A DNA stretch of 64,000 nucleotides, from contig JAJPHA010000058.1 in assembly GCA_021325475.1 (NCBI GenBank), positions 4,170 through 68,169 of the forward strand, given 5' to 3'. The notes beneath the pieces were generated by a model. It saw nothing but the letters and a program-made list of their open reading frames with translations, made no database searches and was not told the DNA's origin. Below, piece by piece: positions 1 to 10,427 of the stretch. The DNA is from Rhodanobacteraceae bacterium (GTDB lineage Bacteria > Pseudomonadota > Gammaproteobacteria > Xanthomonadales > Rhodanobacteraceae). The position numbers were made by a program, and so were the translations under genes. The first letter of the stretch is position 1. Every line of letters starts with the position of its first letter.

Positions 1-511
1 CGAGGGGCGCAAGGGCCACTACGCGCCGCTGCTCGGCCAGAGCCAGGTGATCGCCGGCGATCTGTCCGATCTCGCCGAGAACGGCGTGCAGCTCTCGGTC
101 GTGTGCAGCGAGGACGCCGATCGGCTCGCGCCGCGCCCGCAGGATGCGGACCTCGTCCTCGGCACCGCGATCATCGACGGCCTGCGCGCCGCCTGCGAGA
201 TCTGGCCGCACGGCGCGCGCCCGCCCGACTTCCACGCGCCGCTCAAGACCGACGTGCCGGTGCTGGTGCTCGAAGGCGAACTCGATCCGGTGACGCCGCC
301 GCGCTACGGCGAGCAGGTGGTGCAGACGCTGACCAACGCGCGTCTGATCGTGGCCAGGGGCCAGGGCCACAACGTGATCGGCCGCGGTTGCCTGCCGAAG
401 CTGGTGGCCGAATTCGTCGACCGCTTGCAGCCGAAGATGCTGGACGCGGCGTGCGTCGATGCGCTCGGCCCGACCCCGGCGTTCATCGATTTCAACGGAG
501 CCGCGCCGTGA
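1..511 (+). CDS. alpha/beta-fold hydrolase, C-terminal fragment (5-prime end lies outside the window)
   Basis: The frame is open from nt 2 to TGA 509-511. The translation (...DVPVLVLEGELDPVTPP...ARGQGHNVIGRGC...) resembles the C-terminal TAP-like part of an abhydrolase with the catalytic His. The stop overlaps the next gene start (GTGA). Confidence 0.55.
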   Translation, partial: EGRKGHYAPLLGQSQVIAGDLSDLAENGVQLSVVCSEDADRLAPRPQDADLVLGTAIIDGLRAACEIWPHGARPPDFHAPLKTDVPVLVLEGELDPVTPPRYGEQVVQTLTNARLIVARGQGHNVIGRGCLPKLVAEFVDRLQPKMLDAACVDALGPTPAFIDFNGAAP

Positions 512-1242
512 TCGAAGTGACCGACTTGCACAAGACCTTCGGCCGGGTGATCGCCGTCGATGGCGTGAGCTTCCGCGCTCGCGACGGCGAGATCACCGGC
601 CTGCTCGGCCCGAACGGCGCCGGCAAGACCACCACGCTGCGCTGCCTGTACACGCTGATGCGGCTCGACCGCGGCGAGGTGCGGGTCGACGGCATCGACG
701 CCGCGGTCGATCCGGTCGCGGTGCGGCGCCGGCTCGGCGTGCTGCCGGATGCGCGCGGCCTGTACAAGCGCCTGACTGCGCGCGAGAACATCGCCTACTT
801 CGGCCGCCTGCACGGGCTCGACGAGGCGACGATCCGCGCCCGCAGCGACGCCGCGATCGCCGCGCTCGACATGGCCGAGTTCGCCGACCGCCGCGCGGAA
901 GGATTCTCGCAAGGCCAGCGCGTCAAGACCGCGATCGCGCGTGCGCTGGTGCACGATCCGACCAACGTGATCCTGGACGAGCCGACCAACGGCCTCGACG
1001 TGATGGCCACGCGCGCCATGCGCGGCTTCCTCAAGCGCCTGAAAGCCGAGGGCCGCTGCGTGCTGTTCTCCAGCCACATCATGCAGGAGGTGGCGGCGCT
1101 GTGCGATCGCATCGTCGTGATCGCCAAGGGCCGCGTGGTCGCCGACGAATCGCCCGAGGCGCTGCGCGCGCAGACCGGCGCGGCGAATCTCGAGGACGCC
1201 TTCGTGCAACTGATCGGCTCCGAGGAAGGACTCGCCGCATGA
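508..1242 (+). CDS. ABC transporter ATP-binding protein (ABC-2/NatA-like exporter)
   Basis: Walker A GPNGAGKTT, signature FSQGQ, Walker B VILDEPTNGLD and H-loop SSH are all present. The start is set at GTG 508, where the ABC domain (VIEVTDLHKTFG) begins. There is an ATGA overlap with the downstream permease. Confidence 0.88.
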   Translation: MIEVTDLHKTFGRVIAVDGVSFRARDGEITGLLGPNGAGKTTTLRCLYTLMRLDRGEVRVDGIDAAVDPVAVRRRLGVLPDARGLYKRLTARENIAYFGRLHGLDEATIRARSDAAIAALDMAEFADRRAEGFSQGQRVKTAIARALVHDPTNVILDEPTNGLDVMATRAMRGFLKRLKAEGRCVLFSSHIMQEVAALCDRIVVIAKGRVVADESPEALRAQTGAANLEDAFVQLIGSEEGLAA

Positions 1243-2414
1243 ACGCCGCCGTCGTCGTGTTTCTCAAGGAGGTGCGCGAGAACCTGCGCGACCGCCGCAC
1301 CGTGATCAATACCCTCGTCACCGGACCGCTGTTCGCGCCGCTGATGTTCGTGTTGCTGATCAACGCCCTGGTCACGCGCGAGCTGGAAAAGGCCGAGCGG
1401 CCGCTGCCGCTGCCGGTGGTGGGCGCCGAGCATGCGCCGAACCTGGTCGAGGCGCTGCGCCAGCAGAACGTCGAGATCAAGCCGGGCCCGGCCGATCCGG
1501 AGCGTGCCGTGCGCGAGCAGGACGCCGACGTGGTGCTGCGCATTCCACCGCGCTTCGCCGAGGCGTGGGCCAGGGGCGAGCCGGCCGAGGTCGAGCTCGT
1601 CTACGACGAATCGCAGCGCGAGGCCGGCGGTTCGGTCGGCCGGCTGCGCGCGCTGCTCGAGCACTACGGCGAACGCGGCGGCGCGCTGCGCCTGCTCGCC
1701 CGCGGCCTGTCGCCGAACGTGATCAAGCCGCTCACGATCGCCGCGCGCGACCAATCCACCCCGCAGAGCCGATCCGGCAATCTGTTCGCGATGTTGCCGT
1801 ATTTCTTCATCCTCGGCGGTTTCATCGGCGGCATGGCGCTCGCCATCGACACCACCGCCGGCGAGCGCGAGCGCCAGTCGCTCGAGCCGCTGCTCGCCAA
1901 TCCGGTGCCGCGCTGGCAGGTGCTGGTCGGCAAGCTCGGCGCCACCACCGTGTTCGCCCTCACCGCGGTGCTGCTCAGCATCCTGGCGTTCTCCCTGGTC
2001 GGCCAGTTGCTGCCGACCGAGAAGATCGGCATGAGCCTCGAAATCGGCCCGCGCTTCGTCGCCACGACGTTGTTCGCGATGCTGCCGCTCGCCGTGCTGC
2101 TGGCGGCATTGCAGACCCTGGTCGCCGCGTTCGCCAAGAGCTACCGCGAGGCGCAGACCTATGTGTCGCTGCTGATGTTCGTGCCGGTGATCCCGACCCT
2201 GCTGCTCTCGATCCTGCCGCTGAAGACGCAACCGTGGATGTACGCGGTGCCGCTGATGAGCCAGCAGGTGGTGATCACGCGCCTGCTGCGCGGCGATCTG
2301 GTGCCGGCGCCGGGTCTGCTGGCGAGCTTCGCCTGCACCGCGCTCGCCGCACTGCTCGCCTGCGTCGTGACCGCGCGCATCTACCGGAGCGAACGCCTGG
2401 CGATCTCGGCCTAG
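1239..2414 (+). CDS. ABC-2 type permease (NatB-like)
   Basis: ATG 1239 overlaps the upstream stop. The protein has an N-terminal TM segment, a long soluble loop and then several hydrophobic segments, which is a typical ABC-2 permease layout. It is translationally coupled to the ATPase. Confidence 0.8.
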   Translation: MNAAVVVFLKEVRENLRDRRTVINTLVTGPLFAPLMFVLLINALVTRELEKAERPLPLPVVGAEHAPNLVEALRQQNVEIKPGPADPERAVREQDADVVLRIPPRFAEAWARGEPAEVELVYDESQREAGGSVGRLRALLEHYGERGGALRLLARGLSPNVIKPLTIAARDQSTPQSRSGNLFAMLPYFFILGGFIGGMALAIDTTAGERERQSLEPLLANPVPRWQVLVGKLGATTVFALTAVLLSILAFSLVGQLLPTEKIGMSLEIGPRFVATTLFAMLPLAVLLAALQTLVAAFAKSYREAQTYVSLLMFVPVIPTLLLSILPLKTQPWMYAVPLMSQQVVITRLLRGDLVPAPGLLASFACTALAALLACVVTARIYRSERLAISA

Positions 2415-2425
2415 CGCGGCGCGCC

Positions 2426-3931
2426 TCAGCCGCCGCCCAGCGCGCGGCGGTACTGGATCGCCTCGAGCAGATGCGCACCGGACACGGCTTCGCTGCCGGC
2501 GAGATCGGCGATCGTGCGCGCCACGCGCAGCACGCGGTGATAGGCCCGCGCCGACAGGCCGAGCCGCTCGAGCGCGCGTTCGAGCAGGGTGCGATCGGCG
2601 GGAGCGAGCGCGCAGTCGCGCAGCACCTCGCGGTTGCTGAGCGCCGCGTTCGGCTTGCCGGCGCGGGCGAGCTGGCGCGCGCGCGCGGCGACCACGCGCG
2701 CACGCACCACCGCGCTCGCCTCGCCCGGCGCCGCAGCGCCGCCGAGTTCGGCGAGCGCCACGCGCGGCACCGCGACGGTGAGGTCGATGCGGTCGAGCAG
2801 CGGCCCGGAAACGCGCGCGCGGTAGCGGCGCACCGCCTCGGGCGTGCAGGTGCAGCGGCCGGAGGGATCGCCGGCGTAGCCGCACGGGCAGGGATTCATC
2901 GCCGCGACGAGCTGGAACGCGGCGGGGAATTCCGCCTGGCGCGCGGCGCGCGAGATGACGATGTGGCCGGATTCGAGCGGCTCGCGCAGCACCTCGAGCA
3001 CGCGCCGGTCGAACTCGGGCAGCTCGTCGAGGAACAGCACGCCGTGGTGGGCGAGCGAGATCTCGCCGGGCCGCGGCAGCGAGCCGCCGCCGACCAGTGC
3101 CACCGCCGAGGCGGTGTGGTGCGGTGCGCGAAAAGGCCGCATTTTCCACTTGTGGAAATCGATCCCGCAGCCGGCGACCGAGCGGATCGCCGCCGCCTCC
3201 AGCGCCTCGTCTTCGCCGAGCGGCGGCAGGATGCCGGGCAGGCGGCTTGCCAGCATGGTCTTGCCGGTGCCGGGCGGACCGACGAACAACAAGTGATGCT
3301 GGCCGGCGGCGGCGATCTCGAGCGCGCGGCGTGCCTGCGGCTGGCCGCGCACCTCGGCGAGGTCCGGCGGTGCGATCTCGTCGCCGCCGCTCGCCGGTGC
3401 GGTCGCCGGCGGCAGTTCGGCCGCGCCGCGCAGGAACGCGCACACCTCGAGCAGCGAGCCCGCGCCGTGCGCGACCCCGCCGCCGGCGAGCGCGGCCTCG
3501 GCACCGTTGTCGCGCGGCACGATCAGGGCGCGGCCGGCATGCGCCGCCTTGAGCGCCGCGGGCAGCACGCCGGTCACCGCGCGCAGTTCGCCGGACAGCG
3601 CGAGTTCGCCGAGGAATTCGTAGGCAGCGAGCCGCTCCTTCGGCAGATGGCCGCTCGCGGCGAGGATGCCGAGCGCGATCGGCAGATCGAAGCGGCCGCC
3701 GTCCTTCGGCAGATCGGCCGGCGCCAGGCTGACCGTGATCCGCCGACTCGGGAATTCGAGTTGCGCGTTCTGGATCGCCACGCGCACGCGATCGCGCGCT
3801 TCCTTCACCGCGGTTTCCGGCAGGCCGACGATCGAGGTGCCCGGCAGACCGCCGGACAGGTGCACCTCGACCGTCACTGGCGGTGCGGCGACGCCCTCCT
3901 GGGCACGGCTGTGGACGATGGCGAGACTCAT
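2426..3931 (-). CDS. comM: YifB/ComM family Mg-chelatase-like AAA ATPase
   Basis: The N-terminus MSLAIVHSRA...VTVEVHLSGGLPG..VGLPETAVKEARDRV matches the YifB/ComM family almost residue by residue. Walker A is GPPGTGKTM and the Mg-chelatase C-terminal region is present. The start is the internal ATG at 3931 of ORF 2426..4096. Confidence 0.9.
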   Translation of the reverse strand: MSLAIVHSRAQEGVAAPPVTVEVHLSGGLPGTSIVGLPETAVKEARDRVRVAIQNAQLEFPSRRITVSLAPADLPKDGGRFDLPIALGILAASGHLPKERLAAYEFLGELALSGELRAVTGVLPAALKAAHAGRALIVPRDNGAEAALAGGGVAHGAGSLLEVCAFLRGAAELPPATAPASGGDEIAPPDLAEVRGQPQARRALEIAAAGQHHLLFVGPPGTGKTMLASRLPGILPPLGEDEALEAAAIRSVAGCGIDFHKWKMRPFRAPHHTASAVALVGGGSLPRPGEISLAHHGVLFLDELPEFDRRVLEVLREPLESGHIVISRAARQAEFPAAFQLVAAMNPCPCGYAGDPSGRCTCTPEAVRRYRARVSGPLLDRIDLTVAVPRVALAELGGAAAPGEASAVVRARVVAARARQLARAGKPNAALSNREVLRDCALAPADRTLLERALERLGLSARAYHRVLRVARTIADLAGSEAVSGAHLLEAIQYRRALGGG

Positions 3932-4116
3932 GGCGTGGGCTCGAAAAAAAAAAGCACCGCGGACGGCCTTGCCGGCAGCAGGGCATCCTGCCGTGCTGTC
4001 GTGGCCGAGAGGGATGGCATCCGGCAACGGCGGGCCGTAACCGCCGGGCCGCCGGCGCCGGGGTGAGCGGCGGGGCGGCGCGACCGTCCGCGGCAAAGCG
4101 AATCGGGAACGCCGGC

Positions 4117-4380
4117 TCAGTGCGGCGGCGCGCGCTGGCCGAGTTCGGCTTCGAGCTCGAGCACGCGTGCTTCCAGCGCCTCGAGTTTCTCGCGCGTGCG
4201 CAGCAGCACGCAGCGCTGTACGTCGAACTCCTCGCGGGTGACGAGGTCGAGCCGGCGCAGACCGGAGCGCAAGGCGTCGCGGAAGTTCTCGGTCAGCTCC
4301 TCGCGCGCGGCGCGTGCGCCGGGCGGCACCAGTTCGGCCAGGCGCCGGGCCAGTTCGTCGATGGCGGTGAGATGGATCAC
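4117..4380 (-). CDS. ubiK: UbiK/YqiC (BMFP) family coiled-coil accessory protein
   Basis: An 87-aa helical protein with ...LDLVTREEFDVQ..LLRTREKLEALEARVLELE..., which is typical of the YqiC/UbiK family. Confidence 0.6.
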   Translation of the reverse strand: MIHLTAIDELARRLAELVPPGARAAREELTENFRDALRSGLRRLDLVTREEFDVQRCVLLRTREKLEALEARVLELEAELGQRAPPH

Positions 4381-4462
4381 GGCAGGTCCTCTCGGCGGTT
4401 ACGGCAGTGCCAAGCTACGCCGGTGGCGGCGCGAGCGCAGTCGGCCAAGTGCGGAAACGCGG

Positions 4463-4478
4463 GTAGGAAATTTCCTAC
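4463..4478. promoter_or_regulatory. perfect 16-bp palindrome GTAGGAAATTTCCTAC in the ubiK/amtB divergent intergenic region
   Basis: Read directly in the sequence. It lies about 125 nt upstream of the amtB ATG. A weak GG-N10-GC (sigma-54-like) element AGGGCTTCGCGTTGCC sits at 4544-4559. The binding protein is unknown. Confidence 0.3.
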
Positions 4479-4604
4479 GCTCGGAGCGGATGGCGTTGGC
4501 CGAGCCGCGGAAGTAAAGCATGGCCGTCTGGAGCACTCAAGCCAGGGCTTCGCGTTGCCATCGCGCCATTCGCTTCGCTTCCCGGACCCGAAGAGGAATT
4601 GCCG

Positions 4605-5927
4605 ATGCCGCATCGCCGCGTCTGGACGATCGCGCTGTGCTTCGTCGCCAACGCCGCGCGGGCCGACGGCGGCACGGCCGTGCCGAACAGCGGCGACACC
4701 GCCTGGATGCTGGTGGCGAGCGCGCTGGTGCTGTTCATGACCCTGCCCGGCCTCACCTTGTTCTATGCGGGGCTGGTGCGCTCGAAGAACGTGCTGTCGG
4801 TGATGATGCAATGCTTCGCGATCACCGCGCTGGTGAGCGTGCTGTGGCTGCTGTACGGCTATTCGCTCGCCTTCGACAACACCGGCATGCAGGCGCATCG
4901 CCTCGGCCTGCACAGCTTCATCGGCAGTCTCGCCAAGGCCGGTTTCGCCGGCGTGGCGCGCGGCGCGCTGGTGCAGACGATTCCGGAAAGCGTGTACGCG
5001 ATGTTCCAGTTGACCTTCGCCATCATCACCCCGGCGCTGATCGTCGGCGCGTTCGCCGAGCGGCTGCGCTTCGCCGCGCTGCTCGCGTTCGTCGCCGGCT
5101 GGTTCACGTTCGCCTATCTGCCGATCGCGCACATGGTCTGGGGCGGCCCGGGCGCCTGGCTCGGCGATCTCGGCGTGCTCGACTTCGCCGGCGGCACGGT
5201 GGTGCACATCAACTCCGGCGTGGCCGGTCTCGTCGCCTGCCTCGTCGTCGGTCCGCGCCGCGGCTATCCGCAGCAGCCGATGCCGCCGCACAATCTGACC
5301 TACACGGTGGTCGGCGCCTCGTTGCTGTGGATCGGCTGGTTCGGCTTCAACGCCGGCTCCGCGCTCGCCGCCAACACCACCGCCGGCATGGCGATGCTGG
5401 TCACGCATCTGGCCACCGCCGCCGCGGCGCTGGCGTGGATGAGTGCGGAATGGGCGTTGCACAAGAAACCGTCCGTGCTCGGCATCGCCTCGGGCGCGGT
5501 GGCCGGTCTGGTCGCGATCACGCCGGCGGCCGGCACCTGCGGGCCGCTTGGTGCGCTCGCGATCGGCGCGCTCGCCGGGCTGGCCTGCTTTCTGTCCACC
5601 AGTCGCCTGAAGCGGCGGCTCGGCTACGACGATTCGCTCGATGCCTTCGGCGTGCACGGCGTCGGCGGCATGGTCGGCGCGCTGCTCACCGGCGTGTTCG
5701 CGAGCCCCGTCCTCGGCGGCGCCGGTCTCGCCGACGGCGTGGATTCCCTGCTCGGCCAGCTCGGCCGGCAGCTCGTCGGCGTCGTCGTCACCTTCGGCTA
5801 CAGCGCAGCGGTGAGCTACGCGCTGCTGAAACTCATCGGCGCCACGCTCGGCCTGCGCGTGAGCGCGGAGGAGGAGACCGACGGGCTCGATCTCAGCCTG
5901 CACGACGAACGTGGCTACAGCTTGTAA
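4605..5927 (+). CDS. amtB: ammonium transporter AmtB
   Basis: It has a signal-like N-terminus, then DTAWMLVASALVLFMTLPG, FAGGTVVHINSG and WFGFNAGS, which are hallmark Amt/MEP motifs. ATG 4605 is preferred over TTG 4599 because AAGAGGA lies 7 nt upstream. Confidence 0.92.
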   Translation: MPHRRVWTIALCFVANAARADGGTAVPNSGDTAWMLVASALVLFMTLPGLTLFYAGLVRSKNVLSVMMQCFAITALVSVLWLLYGYSLAFDNTGMQAHRLGLHSFIGSLAKAGFAGVARGALVQTIPESVYAMFQLTFAIITPALIVGAFAERLRFAALLAFVAGWFTFAYLPIAHMVWGGPGAWLGDLGVLDFAGGTVVHINSGVAGLVACLVVGPRRGYPQQPMPPHNLTYTVVGASLLWIGWFGFNAGSALAANTTAGMAMLVTHLATAAAALAWMSAEWALHKKPSVLGIASGAVAGLVAITPAAGTCGPLGALAIGALAGLACFLSTSRLKRRLGYDDSLDAFGVHGVGGMVGALLTGVFASPVLGGAGLADGVDSLLGQLGRQLVGVVVTFGYSAAVSYALLKLIGATLGLRVSAEEETDGLDLSLHDERGYSL

Positions 5928-6305
<378 letters not shown>

Positions 6306-6329
6306 GCGCACCGCGCGCGCCGCCGCGGC

Positions 6330-6728
6330 GTGCGCGCAGCCGGCAAGGCGCTGAAATCACGAGCGAAATCGGCGAGTGCGAACGGCCCGGATGCGGCGAC
6401 GGCGCGGCTGAATTTCGCCTATCCGCTGGATCTGGTGCAGTTCGAGATCCTTGACTGCGCAGCGACTACCGTGAAAGTGACCTATCCGCACGCCACGTTC
6501 GGCGCGGGCTGGACGTTCCGCTTCTACGGCCCGGCCACGCCCGGCGACGACGCCAGCATCAAGTGGTACGACTTCTCGGCGAATGCCGTGCGGCTCGATG
6601 CGCACACCTGGCAGCTCACGCTCAAGCGCGGCCAGTTCGGCAGCTACCGACCCGACGTCACCGGCGCGATCCTGTTCCAGGGCGGGCCGGCGTACAACGA
6701 CGATCTGTTCACCAACGGTTTCGAGTAG
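6330..6728 (+). CDS. hypothetical protein, possibly a remnant of a secreted beta-sandwich domain
   Basis: The ORF has a GTG start, no signal peptide and GC3-rich codon usage. It ends ...AILFQGGPAYNDDLFTNGFE. I recognise no family. Confidence 0.35.
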   Translation: MRAAGKALKSRAKSASANGPDAATARLNFAYPLDLVQFEILDCAATTVKVTYPHATFGAGWTFRFYGPATPGDDASIKWYDFSANAVRLDAHTWQLTLKRGQFGSYRPDVTGAILFQGGPAYNDDLFTNGFE

Positions 6729-6815
6729 AGCCTCCGGCGGGCGGCGCGGCGAGACGTATCCGCGCCGCCGGGCTGTTAAAATCGCGGGCCTGTCTCCGCT
6801 GATCCGGGCCCCGCC

Positions 6816-9800
6816 ATGTCCGTCCCCGCACCGCGCATCGATCTCGACTACACGCTCGAGGACAAGTACACGCGCAGCCAAGGTCGCGTGTATCTGTCCG
6901 GGGTGCAGGCGCTGGTGCGGCTGCCGCTGATGCAGCAGATGCGCGACCGCGCCGCGGGGCTGCGCACGGCGGGCTTCATCTCCGGCTATCGCGGCTCGCC
7001 GCTCGGCGGACTCGATCTCGAGCTGTGGAAGGCGAAGAAGCATCTCAAGGCCGCCGCCATCGAGTTCACCCCCGGCGTCAACGAGGATCTCGGCGCCACC
7101 ATGGTCTGGGGCACGCAGCAGGTCGGGCTGTGGCCGGGCGCCAAGCACGACGGCGTGTTCGCGATGTGGTACGGCAAGGGGCCGGGCGTGGACCGCTGCG
7201 GCGACGTGTTCAAGCACGGCAACGCCGCCGGCACCGCCAAGCACGGCGGCGTGCTGTGTCTGGCCGCCGACGATCACGCCTGTCGCTCCTCCACGCTGCC
7301 GCACGGCTCGGAGCTCGAATTCGTCTCGGCGATGATGCCGATCCTCAATCCCGCCGGCGTGCAGGACATTCTCGACCTCGGCCTGCTCGGCTGGGCGCTG
7401 TCGCGCTTCACCGGGCGCTGGGTCGGGTTCAAGACCATCGCCGAGACGGTGGAGTCGAGCGCCAGCGTCAACGTCAATCCGCACCAGCTCGACATCGTCG
7501 TGCCGGAGGATTTCGCGTTGCCGCCGGGCGGACTCAACATCCGCTGGCCGGATCCGCCGCTCGAGCAGGAGCTGCGCCTGCACCAGTACGCGGTCGCCGC
7601 CTGCCACGCCTTCGCCCGCGCCAATCGCATCGATCGTGTGGTGATCGACTCGCCGCGCGCGCGGCTCGGCATCGTCACCACCGGCAAGAGCCATCTCGAC
7701 GTGCTGCAGGCGCTGGAGTACCTCGGCATCGACGCGCGCGCCGCCGCCGACATCGGTATACGTGTATACAAGGTCGGCATGACCTGGCCGCTCGAGCCGA
7801 ACGGCATCCGCGAGTTCGCGCGCGGCCTCGAGGACATCATCGTGGTCGAGGAGAAGCGCGCCTTCCTCGAATCGCAGATGAAGGAGGCGATGTACAACTG
7901 GGACCACGCCGTGCGGCCGTCGATCGTCGGCAAGTACGACGAGGCCGGTGAGTGGATCCTGCCCTCGACCAGCGAACTCACCCCGGCGCGCATCGCCCGC
8001 GTGATCGCCCGGCGGCTGGCGCGCTTCTTCACCAGCGACACCATCGCCGAGCGGCTGAAGTGGATCGCGGCGAAGGAGGCCGAGCTCGCCCTGCCGCGCG
8101 CCAATTTCCCGCGCGCCGCGCACTACTGCGCGGGCTGCCCGCACAACACCTCGACTGCGGTGCCGGAAGGTTCGCGCGCGCTCGCCGGCATCGGCTGCCA
8201 CTACATGGTGACGTGGATGGATCGCCGCACCGAGACCTTCACCCACATGGGCGGCGAAGGCGTGACCTGGTGCGGCCAGGCGCCGTTCACCGAAACCCGG
8301 CACGTGTTCCAGAATCTCGGCGACGGCACCTATTTCCACTCCGGCTCGCTCGCCATCCGCCAGGCGGTCGCGGCGAAGGTGAACATCACCTACAAGATCC
8401 TCTACAACGACGCCGTGGCGATGACCGGCGGCCAGCCGGCGGACGGCGTGCTCACCGTGCCGGACATCGCCTGGCAGGTGCGCGGCGAAGGCGTAGAGAC
8501 CATCGTCGTGATGTCCGACGACATCGACAAGTGGGCCGATTCGACGCGCTTCCCGGACGGCGTGGAGTTCGTCCATCGCGACGAGCTCGACGCGGTGCAG
8601 CGGCGGCTGCGCGAGGTGGCGGGCGTGTCGGTGCTGATCTACGACCAGACCTGCGCCACCGAGAAGCGCCGGCGGCGCAAGCGCGGCCTGCTCGAGGACC
8701 CGAAGAAGCGCGCGTTCATCAACTCGCTGGTGTGCGAGGGCTGCGGCGACTGCGGCGAGCAGTCGTTCTGCGTCGCGGTGCTGCCGAAGGAGACCGAATA
8801 CGGCCGCAAGCGCGAGATCGACCAGAGCAACTGCAACAAGGACTTCTCCTGCGTCAAGGGCTTCTGCCCGAGCTTCGTCACCGTCCACGGCGGCGGCCTG
8901 CGCAAGCGCGCGCCGTCGGCAAAAGTGGATTTTTCCACTCTGCCGGAACCGGCGTTCGCCACCGATCTGGCGCAGCCGTGGAACATCCTCGTCACCGGCA
9001 TCGGCGGCACCGGCGTGGTCACCATCGGCGCGCTGGTCGGCATGGCCGCACACCTCGAGGGCAAGGGCGCCACCGTGCTCGATCAGACCGGCCTGGCGCA
9101 GAAGGGCGGCGCGGTCACCTCGCACCTGCGCATCGCGCGCCGGCCGGAGGACATCCACGCCGTGCGCATCGCCGCCGGCGAGGCCGACCTCGTACTCGGC
9201 TGCGACATGGTGGTGGTCAACGACTACTGGTCGCTGTCGAAGATCCGCGCCGGCCGCTCGCGCGTGGTGCTCAACACCTACGAGGCGATGCCGGGCACGT
9301 TCACGACCCGTCCGGACCTCGCCTTTCCGGCGCGCCAGATCGTCGAGGCGGTCACGCTCGCGCTCGGCGGCGAGGCGCCGGAGCGCATCGATGCGACCGA
9401 GCTCGCCACTGCGCTGCTCGGCGATTCGATCGCCGCCAACCCGTTCCTGCTCGGCTACGCCTGGCAGAAGGGCTGGGTGCCGCTGAGCCGCGCGGCGTTG
9501 CTGCGCGCGATCGAGCTCAACGGCGCGGCGGTGGAGATGAACCAGGCGGCGTTCCAGTGGGGCCGCCTCGCCGCGCACGACCTCGCGCGGGTGCGCGCAG
9601 CCGCCGGCCTCGCCGCCGCGCCAGCCGGTCGCGCCGCGGCGCTCGACGACGCCGCGATCAGCGCCAGTCTCGACGAGCGCATCGCCCGGCGCGCGGAATT
9701 CCTCCACGGCTACCAGAATGCGCGCTATGCGGCAAAGTATACCGAGCTCGTCGAGCGCGTCCGCGCCGCCGAGCGCGCCCGCGTGCCCGGCAGCGAGGCG

Positions 9801-10319
9801 CTCACCGAGGCGGTGGCGCGCTACGCCTTCAAGCTGATGGCCTACAAGGACGAGTACGAGGTCGCGCGCCTGTACACGAGCGGCGAGTTCGAGCGCCGCC
9901 TCCGCGAGACCTTCGCCGGCGACTACCGGCTGCACTTCCACCTCGCCCCGCCGCTGCTCGCGCGCCGCGACGCCGCGGGCCGCCTGCGCAAGGGCGAATA
10001 CGGCCCGTGGGTGTTCACCGCGTTCCGGCTGCTGGCGAAGCTCAAGTTCCTGCGCGGCGGGCCGTTCGACGTGTTCGGTTACACCGCCGAACGCAAGGCC
10101 GAGCGCGCACTGATCGACGAGTACTTCGGCACGGTGGAGGAACTTCTCGCCGGCCTCGATCGCGCCAATCACGCGCTCGCGGTCGAGATCGCGAGCGTGC
10201 CCGAGCAGATCCGCGGCTTCGGTCACGTCAAGGAAGCACATCTCGAGCAGGCCCGGGCGCGGCGCGAAGCGCTGCTCGCGGCCTGGCGCAAACCGGCCAC
10301 GGCGCGCGCGGCGGCGTGA
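6816..10319 (+). CDS. indolepyruvate ferredoxin oxidoreductase family protein (fused alpha/beta, about 1167 aa)
   Basis: The N-terminus DYTLEDKYTRSQGRVYLSGVQALVRLPLMQ, a TPP-binding GDGTYFHSG motif, the 4Fe-4S motif CEGCGDCGEQSFC and a C-terminal gamma-like domain together give the typical IorA/IorB fusion architecture. Confidence 0.9.
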   Translation: MSVPAPRIDLDYTLEDKYTRSQGRVYLSGVQALVRLPLMQQMRDRAAGLRTAGFISGYRGSPLGGLDLELWKAKKHLKAAAIEFTPGVNEDLGATMVWGTQQVGLWPGAKHDGVFAMWYGKGPGVDRCGDVFKHGNAAGTAKHGGVLCLAADDHACRSSTLPHGSELEFVSAMMPILNPAGVQDILDLGLLGWALSRFTGRWVGFKTIAETVESSASVNVNPHQLDIVVPEDFALPPGGLNIRWPDPPLEQELRLHQYAVAACHAFARANRIDRVVIDSPRARLGIVTTGKSHLDVLQALEYLGIDARAAADIGIRVYKVGMTWPLEPNGIREFARGLEDIIVVEEKRAFLESQMKEAMYNWDHAVRPSIVGKYDEAGEWILPSTSELTPARIARVIARRLARFFTSDTIAERLKWIAAKEAELALPRANFPRAAHYCAGCPHNTSTAVPEGSRALAGIGCHYMVTWMDRRTETFTHMGGEGVTWCGQAPFTETRHVFQNLGDGTYFHSGSLAIRQAVAAKVNITYKILYNDAVAMTGGQPADGVLTVPDIAWQVRGEGVETIVVMSDDIDKWADSTRFPDGVEFVHRDELDAVQRRLREVAGVSVLIYDQTCATEKRRRRKRGLLEDPKKRAFINSLVCEGCGDCGEQSFCVAVLPKETEYGRKREIDQSNCNKDFSCVKGFCPSFVTVHGGGLRKRAPSAKVDFSTLPEPAFATDLAQPWNILVTGIGGTGVVTIGALVGMAAHLEGKGATVLDQTGLAQKGGAVTSHLRIARRPEDIHAVRIAAGEADLVLGCDMVVVNDYWSLSKIRAGRSRVVLNTYEAMPGTFTTRPDLAFPARQIVEAVTLALGGEAPERIDATELATALLGDSIAANPFLLGYAWQKGWVPLSRAALLRAIELNGAAVEMNQAAFQWGRLAAHDLARVRAAAGLAAAPAGRAAALDDAAISASLDERIARRAEFLHGYQNARYAAKYTELVERVRAAERARVPGSEALTEAVARYAFKLMAYKDEYEVARLYTSGEFERRLRETFAGDYRLHFHLAPPLLARRDAAGRLRKGEYGPWVFTAFRLLAKLKFLRGGPFDVFGYTAERKAERALIDEYFGTVEELLAGLDRANHALAVEIASVPEQIRGFGHVKEAHLEQARARREALLAAWRKPATARAAA

Positions 10320-10427
10320 CCGGCAAGACCTTTGCTCGGATGCGGTGGGTGCCACAAACCCCATCACGCCCTGACTGTACCCGGAGCGGCCGCACGGTTT
10401 GGCGTCGCATCCTATACCGGCACGAGC

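Noticed and set aside
795-3986. 1063-aa ORF on the minus strand spanning the ABC transporter and comM region
   Set aside because: The translation is Arg/Ala/Gly/Pro low-complexity sequence, which is typical of out-of-frame or antisense reading of GC-rich DNA. The same DNA encodes recognisable ABC and YifB/ComM proteins in other frames.
6357-10367. 1336-aa ORF antisense to the indolepyruvate oxidoreductase gene, plus the frame-shifted ORFs 7025..7951 and 7952..10762
   Set aside because: These have no recognisable motifs and an Arg/Ala-rich composition. The plus-strand frame starting at 6816 gives a full-length, motif-rich Ior-family protein.
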